Assembly (NCBI GenBank): GCA_963753345.1
Contig: CAVWBU010000019.1
Coordinates: forward strand, 1-64,000
DNA from: an uncultured Fibrobacterota bacterium
GTDB taxonomy: Bacteria; Fibrobacterota; Chitinivibrionia; Chitinivibrionales; FEN-1185
DNA: 64,000 nt
Direction: 5' to 3'
In this document: piece after piece, positions 36,773-46,865 of the stretch
How positions within the stretch are numbered: position 1 is the stretch's first letter
How the letters are laid out: each line of letters starts with the position of its first letter
Translations under genes and position numbers: made by a program
The notes under the pieces: model-generated
Seen by the model: the letters and a program-made list of their open reading frames with translations, nothing else
Told to the model about the DNA's origin: nothing
Databases searched by the model: none

Positions 36773-37606
36773 ATGAAGACCGTTGCGGTGCTCAACCACA
36801 AGGGCGGCGTGGGCAAGACCACGTTTGCGGGCTGCACCGCGCAGGCGCTGTCGCTGGTGGGGTTCCGGGTGCTTGCCGTCGACAACGACAGCCAGCACAA
36901 CCTTTCCACCATGCTCGGCACGGGCGCCTGCTCTCCCTCCATCCGCGACGTGTACCGCGGCCCGGTGGAAACCGCGCCGGCGATGTTCCTGCGCGCCATC
37001 CGCCAGACCGGTCTTCCGAACCTGCACATCGTCACCTCATCACGCGAGCTGTGCGACGCCGATGTGCCCAACGTGCGCTTCATGCGGCAGGTTCTTGACG
37101 CATGCGACCTTGGCCGCTTCTACGATTACGTTCTTGTCGACAACGCGCCGGGCATGGACCGGCTCCAGATGTCCTCGGTGTATGCGTGCTCCGAGATCTT
37201 TGTTCCCACCGAGCTCGGGCAGTTCGCCGTTGACGGCATCGTCGAAATGGCGAAAATGCTTGCCACCGAGCACCCGTTCGGCGGCAGAATAACCAGGATA
37301 ATCCCGAATTTCTACCGCGACACCAGACGCCACAACAGTTTCCTTGCCGCTCTGCGCCGCCTTTTTCCCGGCATGGTGACGCAGACGGCTATCCCCGCGG
37401 ACCCGGTGTTCGACGAGCTTGTCACCGAGGGAAAAATCCTGTTTCTCCACCGCCTGGCCTCGCGCGGGGCCGCGTACTACCTCAAATTGATTCATGAGTT
37501 GTTTGACCTGAGCGAAGAGAAAGTGTGGAGCATGGTGCTTGCGAAAAGGGATGAGAAGAGGAGTGAGGAGGCGCGGTCGCGGTTTAAGGGGTTTCAAAAA
37601 TCGTGA
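36773..37606 (+). CDS. ParA/Soj family ATPase
   Basis: NHKGGVGKTT deviant Walker A, VDNDSQHNLS, YDYVLVDNAP. Confidence 0.9.
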   Translation: MKTVAVLNHKGGVGKTTFAGCTAQALSLVGFRVLAVDNDSQHNLSTMLGTGACSPSIRDVYRGPVETAPAMFLRAIRQTGLPNLHIVTSSRELCDADVPNVRFMRQVLDACDLGRFYDYVLVDNAPGMDRLQMSSVYACSEIFVPTELGQFAVDGIVEMAKMLATEHPFGGRITRIIPNFYRDTRRHNSFLAALRRLFPGMVTQTAIPADPVFDELVTEGKILFLHRLASRGAAYYLKLIHELFDLSEEKVWSMVLAKRDEKRSEEARSRFKGFQKS

Positions 37607-37787
37607 GGAAGCCGACCACCTGACCCGGCCGGTTACGCAAATTCCAGTGAACCTTTCCCCCTGTTTCCGCGACTATCCCTTTGGAATCGGAGAGACGATT
37701 CCCTGTAAAATGGTTGGGAAGGGCTGCCGTGGTGGATGGCGGCCCTTTCTTGTTTTGCGGATAAAGCGGAAAACCCCGCGCGAAGGA

Positions 37788-37816
37788 TTGACAAGAAGAC
37801 CGATACGCCTTATTTT
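37788..37816 (+). promoter_or_regulatory. Candidate sigma70-type promoter
   Basis: TTGACA-17 nt-TATTTT. Confidence 0.35.
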
Positions 37817-37893
37817 TGAAGGGTGGCGGTTCCGGAGAGAAGTGGCGGGCGGCAAAGGGTTCATCAACAGGTCGGTACGACAAAAGGGGCATC

Positions 37894-38167
37894 ATGAGCG
37901 ACAACGAATTAAGAGAACACCTGACCAATCTTCATCAGGAACTCAAGAACGTCGAAGTTGTTGATGAAGAATCACAGAAACTTCTCGAAACTATCCATTC
38001 AGATGTGCAGATGCTGCTGGCGCATAACGGCAGCGCGCCCTCCGAACACCACGCACCGGCGCGGGACCGCCTCGCCGAATCGGCGCGCCATTTCGACATT
38101 TCGCACCCGCAAGCTGGCAGCCACCATCCGCACCGTTGTCCACACGCTCAACAACATGGGGATCTAA
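37894..38167 (+). pseudogene. DUF4404-like small protein with a +1 frameshift near 38110
   Basis: MSDNELREHLTNLHQEL...HFDISHP continues in the +1 frame as KLAATIRTVVHTLNNMGI, the ending typical of the family. Confidence 0.75.
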
Positions 38168-38356
38168 AGCACCCTGCTTGGAATCGTGCTCGGACCATCG
38201 GATTAGTTTGAGTACCTGTCGCGCCGATTGCCGGCATGGGCGCGAAATATCTCCTGTCGAATTGCATTATAAGTATTGAAATAATACCTCTTTCTTCGTA
38301 AATTATAAGGTGAGGGGCGGGCTGCTGCTTGGTGTACCATTAACCGGAGGCGCCTG

Positions 38357-39490
38357 ATGAGAAATGCGGGAGCAGGAATTGTTGGGGTTTTCGCATGTGC
38401 TTTGCTGTTTTCGCAGGCTGTTTTTGCTGCGGAGAATGCGGTGAAGGTGGTCACGCCGAAGAAAGGCATTGCCGCGGCCAAGTTCGGCCCCGACAAGATC
38501 GCTACGGCGGATGCGAGCTGGTACTACGACTGGAGGAACACTCCGAATTCGGGGACAGCTCCCGCGGGAAAACCGGTGGAGTACGTGCCCATGCTGTCCA
38601 ACGCGGGCGCGGTTACCACTCAGAACATTGCTGCGCTGACAACCGCAAAGAACAACGGCACCTACAAATATCTGCTTGGCTTCAACGAGCCGGATCTTGG
38701 AAGCCAGGCGAACATGACCGTGGCACAGGCCATAAACCTGTGGCCCCAGCTTATGGCCACAGGACTCACCCTCGGCAGTCCTGCGCCTTCGTACCCAAAC
38801 GCTTGGTTCGACAGCTTTATGACCCAGGCTGCCGCCAAAAAGTACACGGTAGACTTTATTTGCCTCCACTACTATGCGCCGCCCAATGCGGCGAACGCGG
38901 TGTCGGCCCTTCAGACGTTTCTCACCAACGCCTATGCCAAGTACAAGAAACCAATCTGGCTCACCGAGTTCGGCGCGCCGGACTGCAAAACGCTCGGTTG
39001 GTGCGGAAGCAATGCAGCGGCGCTCACCCAGGCGCAGGTCGACGCCTTTGTGCCGCAGGTCATTGCCATGCTCGAAGACCTTGCCTGCGTCCAGAGGTAT
39101 GCGTGGTTCGTGGACGCGTCACAGGCGGGTTTTGAACTGTCGGCCGTCTTTAACAGTGATGGTTCCCTCACGCAGACCGGCATAGACCTGCGTGACGCGC
39201 ACGGCACCGCGTCCGTGCAGACCTACAGCCCTGTATTCACGCGGGCGGCCGCAAGCCCCATCGTGCGCATCCGGGCCGACAAAAAAATCGCCGGCGTCCT
39301 TCCTGCAAATCCGACTTCGTACCGCTTCAGCCTTTACAACCCGGCAGGACGGCTCGTCGCCTCGTCCGCAGGCACCGGCTCGGGCGAGACTGTTTTCGAC
39401 CCTTCCGCGGCAAGATTGACAAGAGGTACATTCATCGCCAGGCTGGAATACGGCGGCATTGCGAGGCAGGCGAGGGTCGTGGTGGAGTAA
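38357..39490 (+). CDS. Secreted GH128-like (Glyco_hydro_cc) beta-1,3-glucanase with C-terminal sorting domain
   Basis: SWYYDW, EYVPM, LLGFNEPD, DFICLHYY, PIWLTEF, RYAWF. Tail LYNPAGRLV...GTFIARL. Confidence 0.88.
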   Translation: MRNAGAGIVGVFACALLFSQAVFAAENAVKVVTPKKGIAAAKFGPDKIATADASWYYDWRNTPNSGTAPAGKPVEYVPMLSNAGAVTTQNIAALTTAKNNGTYKYLLGFNEPDLGSQANMTVAQAINLWPQLMATGLTLGSPAPSYPNAWFDSFMTQAAAKKYTVDFICLHYYAPPNAANAVSALQTFLTNAYAKYKKPIWLTEFGAPDCKTLGWCGSNAAALTQAQVDAFVPQVIAMLEDLACVQRYAWFVDASQAGFELSAVFNSDGSLTQTGIDLRDAHGTASVQTYSPVFTRAAASPIVRIRADKKIAGVLPANPTSYRFSLYNPAGRLVASSAGTGSGETVFDPSAARLTRGTFIARLEYGGIARQARVVVE

Positions 39491-39514
39491 CGAGAAGCAG
39501 TTTGATACGAAATG

Positions 39515-39547
39515 ACGGTCGCTCGGTATAAGGCGGCCGTTTTTTTT
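39515..39547 (+). terminator. Intrinsic terminator
   Basis: ACGGTCGCT/GGCGGCCGT stem followed by a long T run. Confidence 0.65.
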
Positions 39548-39633
39548 ATTTGCGAATGCGGCAGATCGGGAGTGTCCCGACTCTGCGCTTTGTTGCATTC
39601 CTTTCTGTGAAGTGAACTGAATTTGCCGTGCTC

Positions 39634-40452
39634 CTACTCCCAATCCCGCGTCTTCTCGGACAGCTCCACCAACCGCGGCACGTTCCTTATGAACTCCTTC
39701 ACCGGAATTGTATTGTCCGCGTCGCAGAGCGCCTTGTCCGGGTGCGGGTGAATTTCGAAGAAAAGTCCGTCTACGCCCATGCACACGGCCGCGCGGGCGA
39801 GCGGCATTGCAAGGTCGCGGTTTCCGGATGAGCGCCCCTTTGCGCCGCCCGGCATCTGCACGCTGTGGGTAGCGTCGAAAATCACGGGCACGCCGAAGCT
39901 CTTTAGCACCGGGATGCCGGAGAAATCCACCACAAGCCTGTTGTAGCCGAACACGGTTCCACGTTCGGTGAGCCAGGCCTTTTTGCCCGCTTTTTCCAGC
40001 GAATATTTCATGTCGTGCGGGGCCATGAACTGTCCTTTCTTGACATTCACGAATTTCCCCGTGCGTGCCGCGGCGACCAGCAGGTCGGTCTGCCTGCACA
40101 AAAACGCTGGAATCTGGAGAATGTCCACGACTTGGGCCGCCTCTTTTGCCTCGGCCGGAGAATGAATGTCCGTTAAAATCGGCAGGCCTGTTTTCGATTT
40201 CACCTTTTCCAGAATTGCGAGACCCTTTTTCATTCCCAGGCCCCTGAACGACGAGCGCGAGGTGCGGTTCGCCTTGTCGTAGGAGGCCTTGAAGATGATT
40301 ACGGCATTCTCCTGTGAGGCCAGCGTTGCCAGCGTTTCCGCAATGTCAAGGCAGAGGCGTTCGGACTCGATGACACAGGGGCCGGCGACGAAGAAGAGGT
40401 TTTTCTTGGTAGATGGGCCGGATTTGAAGGGATAGGAGAGGGGAAGAGGCAT
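39634..40452 (-). CDS. kdsA: KDO 8-phosphate synthase
   Basis: AGPCVIES, KASYDKANRTS, QIPAFLCRQTDL, KKGQF, FDATHSVQ. Confidence 0.97.
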   Translation of the reverse strand: MPLPLSYPFKSGPSTKKNLFFVAGPCVIESERLCLDIAETLATLASQENAVIIFKASYDKANRTSRSSFRGLGMKKGLAILEKVKSKTGLPILTDIHSPAEAKEAAQVVDILQIPAFLCRQTDLLVAAARTGKFVNVKKGQFMAPHDMKYSLEKAGKKAWLTERGTVFGYNRLVVDFSGIPVLKSFGVPVIFDATHSVQMPGGAKGRSSGNRDLAMPLARAAVCMGVDGLFFEIHPHPDKALCDADNTIPVKEFIRNVPRLVELSEKTRDWE

Positions 40453-40464
40453 GTTAGATCCCTG

Positions 40465-40492
40465 GTTGAAAGTTAAAAGTTGAAAGTTGAAA
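40465..40492 (+). repeat. Heptamer tandem repeat (GTTGAAA x4, one variant)
   Basis: GTTGAAA GTTAAAA GTTGAAA GTTGAAA. Confidence 0.8.
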
Positions 40493-40528
40493 GGATAAAC
40501 ATTGAGTTTGTTTGTTTACGCAATGCGA

Positions 40529-40776
40529 CCTCACCCCTGCCCCTCTCCGCTAGGAGAGGGGGCTTTAAGTAGAAAGCTGCGATCCTTCAAGTGCCTTTGC
40601 ATTTCTTGTCTCGATTCCACTTCCGCTCGTGGGTGCCGCCACAACAATGTATGGTCTTGCAGCTGCTTTATCAAGGCGGCCACCCAGGAGGGGGTAGCGG
40701 AGGAACGGACGCGCATTAGGGATGCTGGTTTGTAAACCGGCGCGGCCGGGCCGCAGCGAGGGGGATACTTCCCCCT
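40529..40776 (+). repeat. Structured repeat, copy F (boxC-like hairpin plus module 2 only)
   Basis: GGGTGCCGCC...GGCGGCCACCC-AGGAGGGGGTAGCG...GCGAGGGGGATACTTCCCCC. Confidence 0.85.
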
Positions 40777-40835
40777 TTAACAAATTCTTTTCTAGAAAAA
40801 ATTCACAAAGAACCGAGGCATTAAAGCCCGAAAAC

Positions 40836-40865
40836 TTGACTGTCCAATCTCAGCCAAAGTATATT
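40836..40865 (+). promoter_or_regulatory. Candidate promoter of the gap operon
   Basis: TTGACT-18 nt-TATATT. Confidence 0.4.
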
Positions 40866-40971
40866 TTGTAGCCTTCTTTGGAAAGCAAAAAGCACTGCAA
40901 ATTCATCCGCTTTCCAGAATACAAAATAGCTAATTCGAAACAGACAGAACACATAACTTTTAACCTTCTAG

Positions 40972-42048
<1,077 letters not shown>

Positions 42049-42121
42049 ACGGCGCATTGCCACGTTACACATTTACGGGAACGGAAAAAACTCCGTTCCC
42101 GCATGCTTTCGGGAGGAACAA

Positions 42122-43390
42122 ATGGGGATTTCGAAAAAGACGCTGAGAGACATTGACGTAACAGGAAAGCGCGTGCTCATGCGCGTGGACTTCAACGTTC
42201 CGATGAAAGACGGCGTGGTGCAGGACGACACCCGCATCAAGGCTGCGCTTCCCTCAATCAAGTACGTGCTTGAAAAAGGCTGCAAGAGTCTTGTCCTGAT
42301 GTCCCACCTCGGCGATCCGAAAAAAGACATGAAAAAGGCAAAGGAAAAGGCCGAGAAGGACGGCAAACCGTTTGACGAAAAGAAATACATAGAAGGCAAG
42401 CACCGTATGAAGCCCGTGGCCGAATACCTTGCCAAGTTGCTTGGCAAAGAGGTGAAGTTCGCGCCCGCGTGCATGGGGCCGGAGACCGATGCCATTGTAA
42501 ACGCGCTCCCGCAGGGCGGCATCTGCATGCTCGAGAACACGAGGTTCCACAAGGAGGAAACGTCCAAGGAAGAGTCAGAGCGCGAGGTTCTGGCTACGGC
42601 GCTTGCTAAATACGGCGACGTGTACGTGAACGACGCGTTCGGCACGGCCCATCGGCCGCACGCCTCCACCGAGACCGTCGCGCATCACCTGCCCGCGGTC
42701 GCAGGGTTTCTCATGGAAAAAGAGCTTGAGTATCTTCAGGAAAAGATCGTCAAGAATCCGGCCAAGCCGTTTGTGGCGGTGATCGGCGGGGCAAAGGTGT
42801 CGAGCAAAATCGCGGTGCTCGAAAGCCTGCTTTCCAAGGTGAACACCATCATCATCGGCGGCGGCATGGCGTATACGTTCCTGAAATCGAAGGGCGTTTC
42901 CATCGGCAAGTCGCTTGTCGAGGACGAGATGGTGGAAACGGCGAAAGGCGTTCTTGCCAAGGCCGCGGAAAAGAAAGTCGCGCTTCTGTTGCCGGTCGAT
43001 CACGTCGTGACCCAGCAATTCGCCGCTGATGCTCCTTCAAAGGTGTCCTCCGGCGATGCAATCGAAGATGGCTGGATGGGCATGGACATCGGGCCGAAGA
43101 CCATAGAGAAGTTCAAGGCCGCGCTTGCCGGCGCAAAGACCGTTTTCTGGAACGGCCCCATGGGGGTGTTCGAATTCCCGAAATTCGGCGAGGGCACCAA
43201 AGCCGTGGCCACTATGCTTGCCGGACTTACCGGCGCCACCACCGTTATCGGCGGCGGCGATTCGGTCTCTGCGGTCAACAAGCTGGGCCTTTCTGCCAAA
43301 ATGTCCCATATTTCAACGGGTGGCGGCGCGTCCCTGGAGCTTGTCGAGGGCAAAGAGCTGCCCGGCGTGAAAGCTTTGATGGACAGATAG
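42122..43390 (+). CDS. pgk: Phosphoglycerate kinase
   Basis: RVDFNVP, SHLG, NDAFGTAHR, GGAKVSSK, WNGPMGVFE, STGGGASL. Confidence 0.98.
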   Translation: MGISKKTLRDIDVTGKRVLMRVDFNVPMKDGVVQDDTRIKAALPSIKYVLEKGCKSLVLMSHLGDPKKDMKKAKEKAEKDGKPFDEKKYIEGKHRMKPVAEYLAKLLGKEVKFAPACMGPETDAIVNALPQGGICMLENTRFHKEETSKEESEREVLATALAKYGDVYVNDAFGTAHRPHASTETVAHHLPAVAGFLMEKELEYLQEKIVKNPAKPFVAVIGGAKVSSKIAVLESLLSKVNTIIIGGGMAYTFLKSKGVSIGKSLVEDEMVETAKGVLAKAAEKKVALLLPVDHVVTQQFAADAPSKVSSGDAIEDGWMGMDIGPKTIEKFKAALAGAKTVFWNGPMGVFEFPKFGEGTKAVATMLAGLTGATTVIGGGDSVSAVNKLGLSAKMSHISTGGGASLELVEGKELPGVKALMDR

Positions 43391-43430
43391 TCATAACGTA
43401 TTTTACAAGCCCTAAGGAGAGAAAACCATC

Positions 43431-44186
43431 ATGGCCCGAAAAAAGTTTATAGCAGGCAACTGGAAAATGAATACCACGATTGACGAGGCTGTCATCCTCG
43501 CAAAAGCAGTGGTGGAGAAAATGGGAAAGGTCACCGACGTGGACATCGCTGTGTGCCCGCCCTACATAAGCCTCAAGGCTGTGGCCAGAGCGCTAAAAGA
43601 CTCATCGGTCAAGCTCGGCGCGCAGGACGTTCATTGGGAGGCCAAGGGCGCATTCACCGGCAAGGTGAGCTGCGCGATGCTCAAGAGCGTCGGCGTGGAA
43701 TATGTGATAATCGGCCATTCGGAACAGCGACAGTATTTCCACGAGACAAACGAAACCGTCAATAAAAAAGTAATCGCCGCGCTGGCGGCTGGACTTCTGC
43801 CCATTGTGTGCGTGGGAGAGACGCTTGACGAACGCAAAACAGGAAAGCTGTTTTCTATTGTGGAAGCGCAGACGAAAGGCGCTTTTGCGGGCGTTTCCAA
43901 AGCCGACGCCCTTACATGCACCATCGCTTATGAACCGGTATGGGCCATCGGCACGGGTGAAGTCGCGACGCCCGAACAGGCCAACGAGATGCACGTGTTC
44001 ATCCGTAAGCAGATTTCGTCGATATACGATACCGATACGGCCGCCGCCATGCGCATCCAGTACGGCGGCAGCATGAAGCCCGACAACGCTAAAGCACTGC
44101 TCGCGCTTTCGGACGTGGACGGCGGGCTCATCGGCGGCGCCGCTCTCAAGGCAGACGATTTCTTCGGGATTGTCAAACCTACATAA
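43431..44186 (+). CDS. tpiA: Triosephosphate isomerase
   Basis: AGNWKMN, GHSE, AYEPVWAIGTG, YGGS. Confidence 0.98.
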   Translation: MARKKFIAGNWKMNTTIDEAVILAKAVVEKMGKVTDVDIAVCPPYISLKAVARALKDSSVKLGAQDVHWEAKGAFTGKVSCAMLKSVGVEYVIIGHSEQRQYFHETNETVNKKVIAALAAGLLPIVCVGETLDERKTGKLFSIVEAQTKGAFAGVSKADALTCTIAYEPVWAIGTGEVATPEQANEMHVFIRKQISSIYDTDTAAAMRIQYGGSMKPDNAKALLALSDVDGGLIGGAALKADDFFGIVKPT

Positions 44187-44208
44187 AGGGTAGTAAGGCC
44201 GGGTAGTT

Positions 44209-44715
44209 ATGCTGTTTGGAATCGGACTTGTCATTTTCGTGATCATCTGCGTTTTCCTTTGCCTGCTCATCCTTATTCAGTCGGACAAGGGTGGCGGTAT
44301 ATCGGGCGCGCTCGGCGGCGGGTTTTCCAGTGCGACCAACCTGCTGGGTTCGCAGGACACGGCAAACATCCTCACGCGCGCAACCGCGATTTCGGCCGGG
44401 ATATACTTGGGGCTGTGCCTTCTCCTGTCGATTTTCCTGTCCCATCCTTCGGGCGCGCAGGTGAAGTCCGCGCTCAAGGAACGGGCCGAAAAGCAGGGCA
44501 ATTATTCTCCTGCATCCGCGCTGCAGGGGCAGCAGGGACTCCCCATCGGCAATCCCGGCGGCGGAGCAGCTCTCCCGCCGGGCGGCCTACCTGCGCCGCA
44601 GGGGGTTCCCGCTCCGCAGGGTAGCGTGCCGCAGACGACGCCGGCACAGGGCGGACAGGCACAGTCACCGCTTACGGTGCCGAAGGTGCCCGCGCCGTCC
44701 AAGGGGAACAAGTAA
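44209..44715 (+). CDS. secG: Preprotein translocase SecG with Pro/Gln-rich tail
   Basis: LILIQSDKGGGIS...LTRAT, two TM helices, tpiA-secG-tRNA-Leu synteny. Confidence 0.9.
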   Translation: MLFGIGLVIFVIICVFLCLLILIQSDKGGGISGALGGGFSSATNLLGSQDTANILTRATAISAGIYLGLCLLLSIFLSHPSGAQVKSALKERAEKQGNYSPASALQGQQGLPIGNPGGGAALPPGGLPAPQGVPAPQGSVPQTTPAQGGQAQSPLTVPKVPAPSKGNK

Positions 44716-44731
44716 GTAGCATTTGTTACGT

Positions 44732-44818
44732 GCGGTCGTGGTGGAATTGGTAGACACGCATGTTTGAGGGGCATGTGGGAGTAATCCTGTGTCGGTTCAA
44801 ATCCGACCGACCGCACCA
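44732..44818 (+). tRNA. tRNA-Leu(GAG)
   Basis: Starts GCGGTCGTGGTGGAATTGGTAGAC. Anticodon arm CATGT-TTGAGGG-GCATG, long variable arm, CCA. Confidence 0.95.
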
Positions 44819-44842
44819 TCGTTGAGATATCCTCTTTGTCAA

Positions 44843-44869
44843 TGGCTCCGCGAAAGCGGGGCCTTTTTT
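44843..44869 (+). terminator. Intrinsic terminator
   Basis: GGCTCCGC-GAAA-GCGGGGCC followed by a T run. Confidence 0.8.
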
Positions 44870-45030
44870 CTTGGACGGTTTTCCCGTCGTCTCACTCCGC
44901 CCTATAGATACCCGCTCTGCGCAGAGTAAGAGTAGCTGGTTGCGTCGCATCGGAGAATAAATGATCGTGGCGGGTATTCGTTGCAGGAGAATTATATTTT
45001 ATAAACAAACGTTCCTGCCCGAGGTAATGA

Positions 45031-45315
45031 ATGCCTTTAGATAAAACGCAAATTCTTTCGTTCCTGAGGAGTAACACCCGACTCTTTTCCGAACAGTACA
45101 ACGTACGGCGTATTGGACTTTTCGGTTCTTATGCCCGTGCCCGGCAAAGGCCGGAGAGTGATATTGATATTCTTGTCGAAGGAGAGAACATCGGTGAGTC
45201 GGAATTACGGGAACTTCTTGAGAAGAAGTTCGAAAAGAAGGTTGACATAGTCAAAGAAAACTCTCTTTTCAATTTCATGAAATACATCATTCATAAAGAG
45301 ACGGAATATGCTTGA
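45031..45315 (+). CDS. Minimal nucleotidyltransferase (MntA-like antitoxin)
   Basis: LFGSYAR...SDIDILV (GSx10DxD), KVDIV. Confidence 0.9.
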   Translation: MPLDKTQILSFLRSNTRLFSEQYNVRRIGLFGSYARARQRPESDIDILVEGENIGESELRELLEKKFEKKVDIVKENSLFNFMKYIIHKETEYA

Positions 45316-45733
45316 AGCCAAGGATGCGGGTTACCTGCTTGCCATGCTCAAGATGTGTGACGATATCGAATCATACAAGTCAGAATTCGAGACGATTGAG
45401 GCTGCCCTGGAAAAAAGGATCTGGATAAATGCCGTTTTAATGAACCTGTCGCAGATAGGAGAATACGCGGGAAGAATAAGCGAGTCAACCACCGGGAAAT
45501 ACGGCTCGGTCGACTGGAAACGGATCAAAGGCCTGAGAAACATCATTGTTCATGATTATTTCGGAGTTGATCTTGAGAGAGTCCGCTCAATTGTTCAGGA
45601 ATATGTGCCATCCTTGACAAAGGAACTAACCAGGATCATTTGCCAGAGCGTCGCTGACGGAGAAATGGATAGGGGATTGGTGGATGCGGCGAATTCTGAC
45701 ATGAGAGCCATTAAGATCGTTTTACCTTCCTGA
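45308..45733 (+). CDS. HEPN/DUF86 ribonuclease (HepT-like toxin)
   Basis: QIGE, W..IKGLRNIIVHDY (Rx4HxY). Overlaps the MNT gene. Confidence 0.9.
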   Translation: MLEAKDAGYLLAMLKMCDDIESYKSEFETIEAALEKRIWINAVLMNLSQIGEYAGRISESTTGKYGSVDWKRIKGLRNIIVHDYFGVDLERVRSIVQEYVPSLTKELTRIICQSVADGEMDRGLVDAANSDMRAIKIVLPS

Positions 45734-45812
45734 ACATCGTGTCTCTTGTACCCTTGACTATCATTGTTACCCACATTTCTGCAATGTCATTTCATACTAA
45801 CGTCTTCTGACC

Positions 45813-46856
45813 ATGGTAAAACCCAACCTTAAAGACCTCCCCCTGTCTTCCCTCGCCGAAGCAATGGCCTCTTTGGGCCAGCCTTCATTCCGTGCCCGCC
45901 AGGTGACGAAATGGCTGTATCAAAAACGCGTCGATTCCTTCGATGCAATGGCGAACATATCAAAGGAAGCGCGGAGATTGTTCGCCGAGAACTTCACCAT
46001 TGGGAAATTGCCCCTGACGGCAGTAATCGCGTCGGAAGAAGGCGATGCAATCAAGTTCGGGTTCGGGCTTGCGGATTCGGAATACCTCGTGGAGAGCGTG
46101 CTCCTTGTCGAAGGGGAACGCCGCACCGCGTGCCTGTCGAGCCAGCTCGGCTGCGGGCTCGGCTGCGTGTTCTGCGCGACCGGCGCCATGGGGTTTGTGC
46201 GCAACCTGACCCAGGCCGAGATTCTGGGACAGCTTATCGGCATCAACGACTATCAGGCGTCAAGGAGCGACAAACTCGTCACCAACATCGTGTTTATGGG
46301 CATGGGCGAGGCGCTGTCGAATTTCGACAATTTCCTTTCGTCGATTCGGATCATCAATGCCGAAGACGCCTTTACCATCGGCAGCCGGCGCATCACGGTG
46401 TCCACGGCCGGTGTGATCCCGTCGATCCGCAGGCTCATGCAGCAGGACCTGCCCGTGGGGCTGGCAATCTCGCTCAACGCGCACGACAACGCGATCCGCA
46501 GCAGGATAATGCCCGTGAACAGGACCTATCCCATTGAGGATCTTGTGAAGATCGCGGGCGAGTACTTTGACAAGACCGGAAGGCCGGTAACGTTCGAATA
46601 CATCCTTGTCGAAGGCGAAAACGACGGAGCGGAGGCGGTGAGCGCGCTCGCCGCGTTGTTGAACAAGATCGTTTGCAAGGTAAACGTTATTTCGCTTAAC
46701 CCGGCCGGATCTGGAGTCTCTAGGGGACCCGGTGAAGAAAAGGTGGGGCGGTTTGTGCAGGCGCTATTTGACAAAGGCCTTAATGCGACGATCCGGCGGA
46801 GCAAGGGGAGGGATATAAGCGGGGCGTGCGGGCAATTAGGGGGCAGAAAGAGATAG
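45813..46856 (+). CDS. rlmN: Dual-specificity RNA methyltransferase RlmN
   Basis: SSQLGCGLGCVFC radical-SAM motif, VFMGMGE, ITVST, ACGQL. Confidence 0.95.
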   Translation: MVKPNLKDLPLSSLAEAMASLGQPSFRARQVTKWLYQKRVDSFDAMANISKEARRLFAENFTIGKLPLTAVIASEEGDAIKFGFGLADSEYLVESVLLVEGERRTACLSSQLGCGLGCVFCATGAMGFVRNLTQAEILGQLIGINDYQASRSDKLVTNIVFMGMGEALSNFDNFLSSIRIINAEDAFTIGSRRITVSTAGVIPSIRRLMQQDLPVGLAISLNAHDNAIRSRIMPVNRTYPIEDLVKIAGEYFDKTGRPVTFEYILVEGENDGAEAVSALAALLNKIVCKVNVISLNPAGSGVSRGPGEEKVGRFVQALFDKGLNATIRRSKGRDISGACGQLGGRKR

Positions 46857-46865
46857 GAAAAGACT

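Noticed and set aside
46290-46315. RlmN motif variant MGMGEA as a Cfr-like or inactive enzyme
   Set aside because: The Fe-S motif and both catalytic Cys regions (ACLSSQ, ACGQL) look intact. One substitution does not support a different function.
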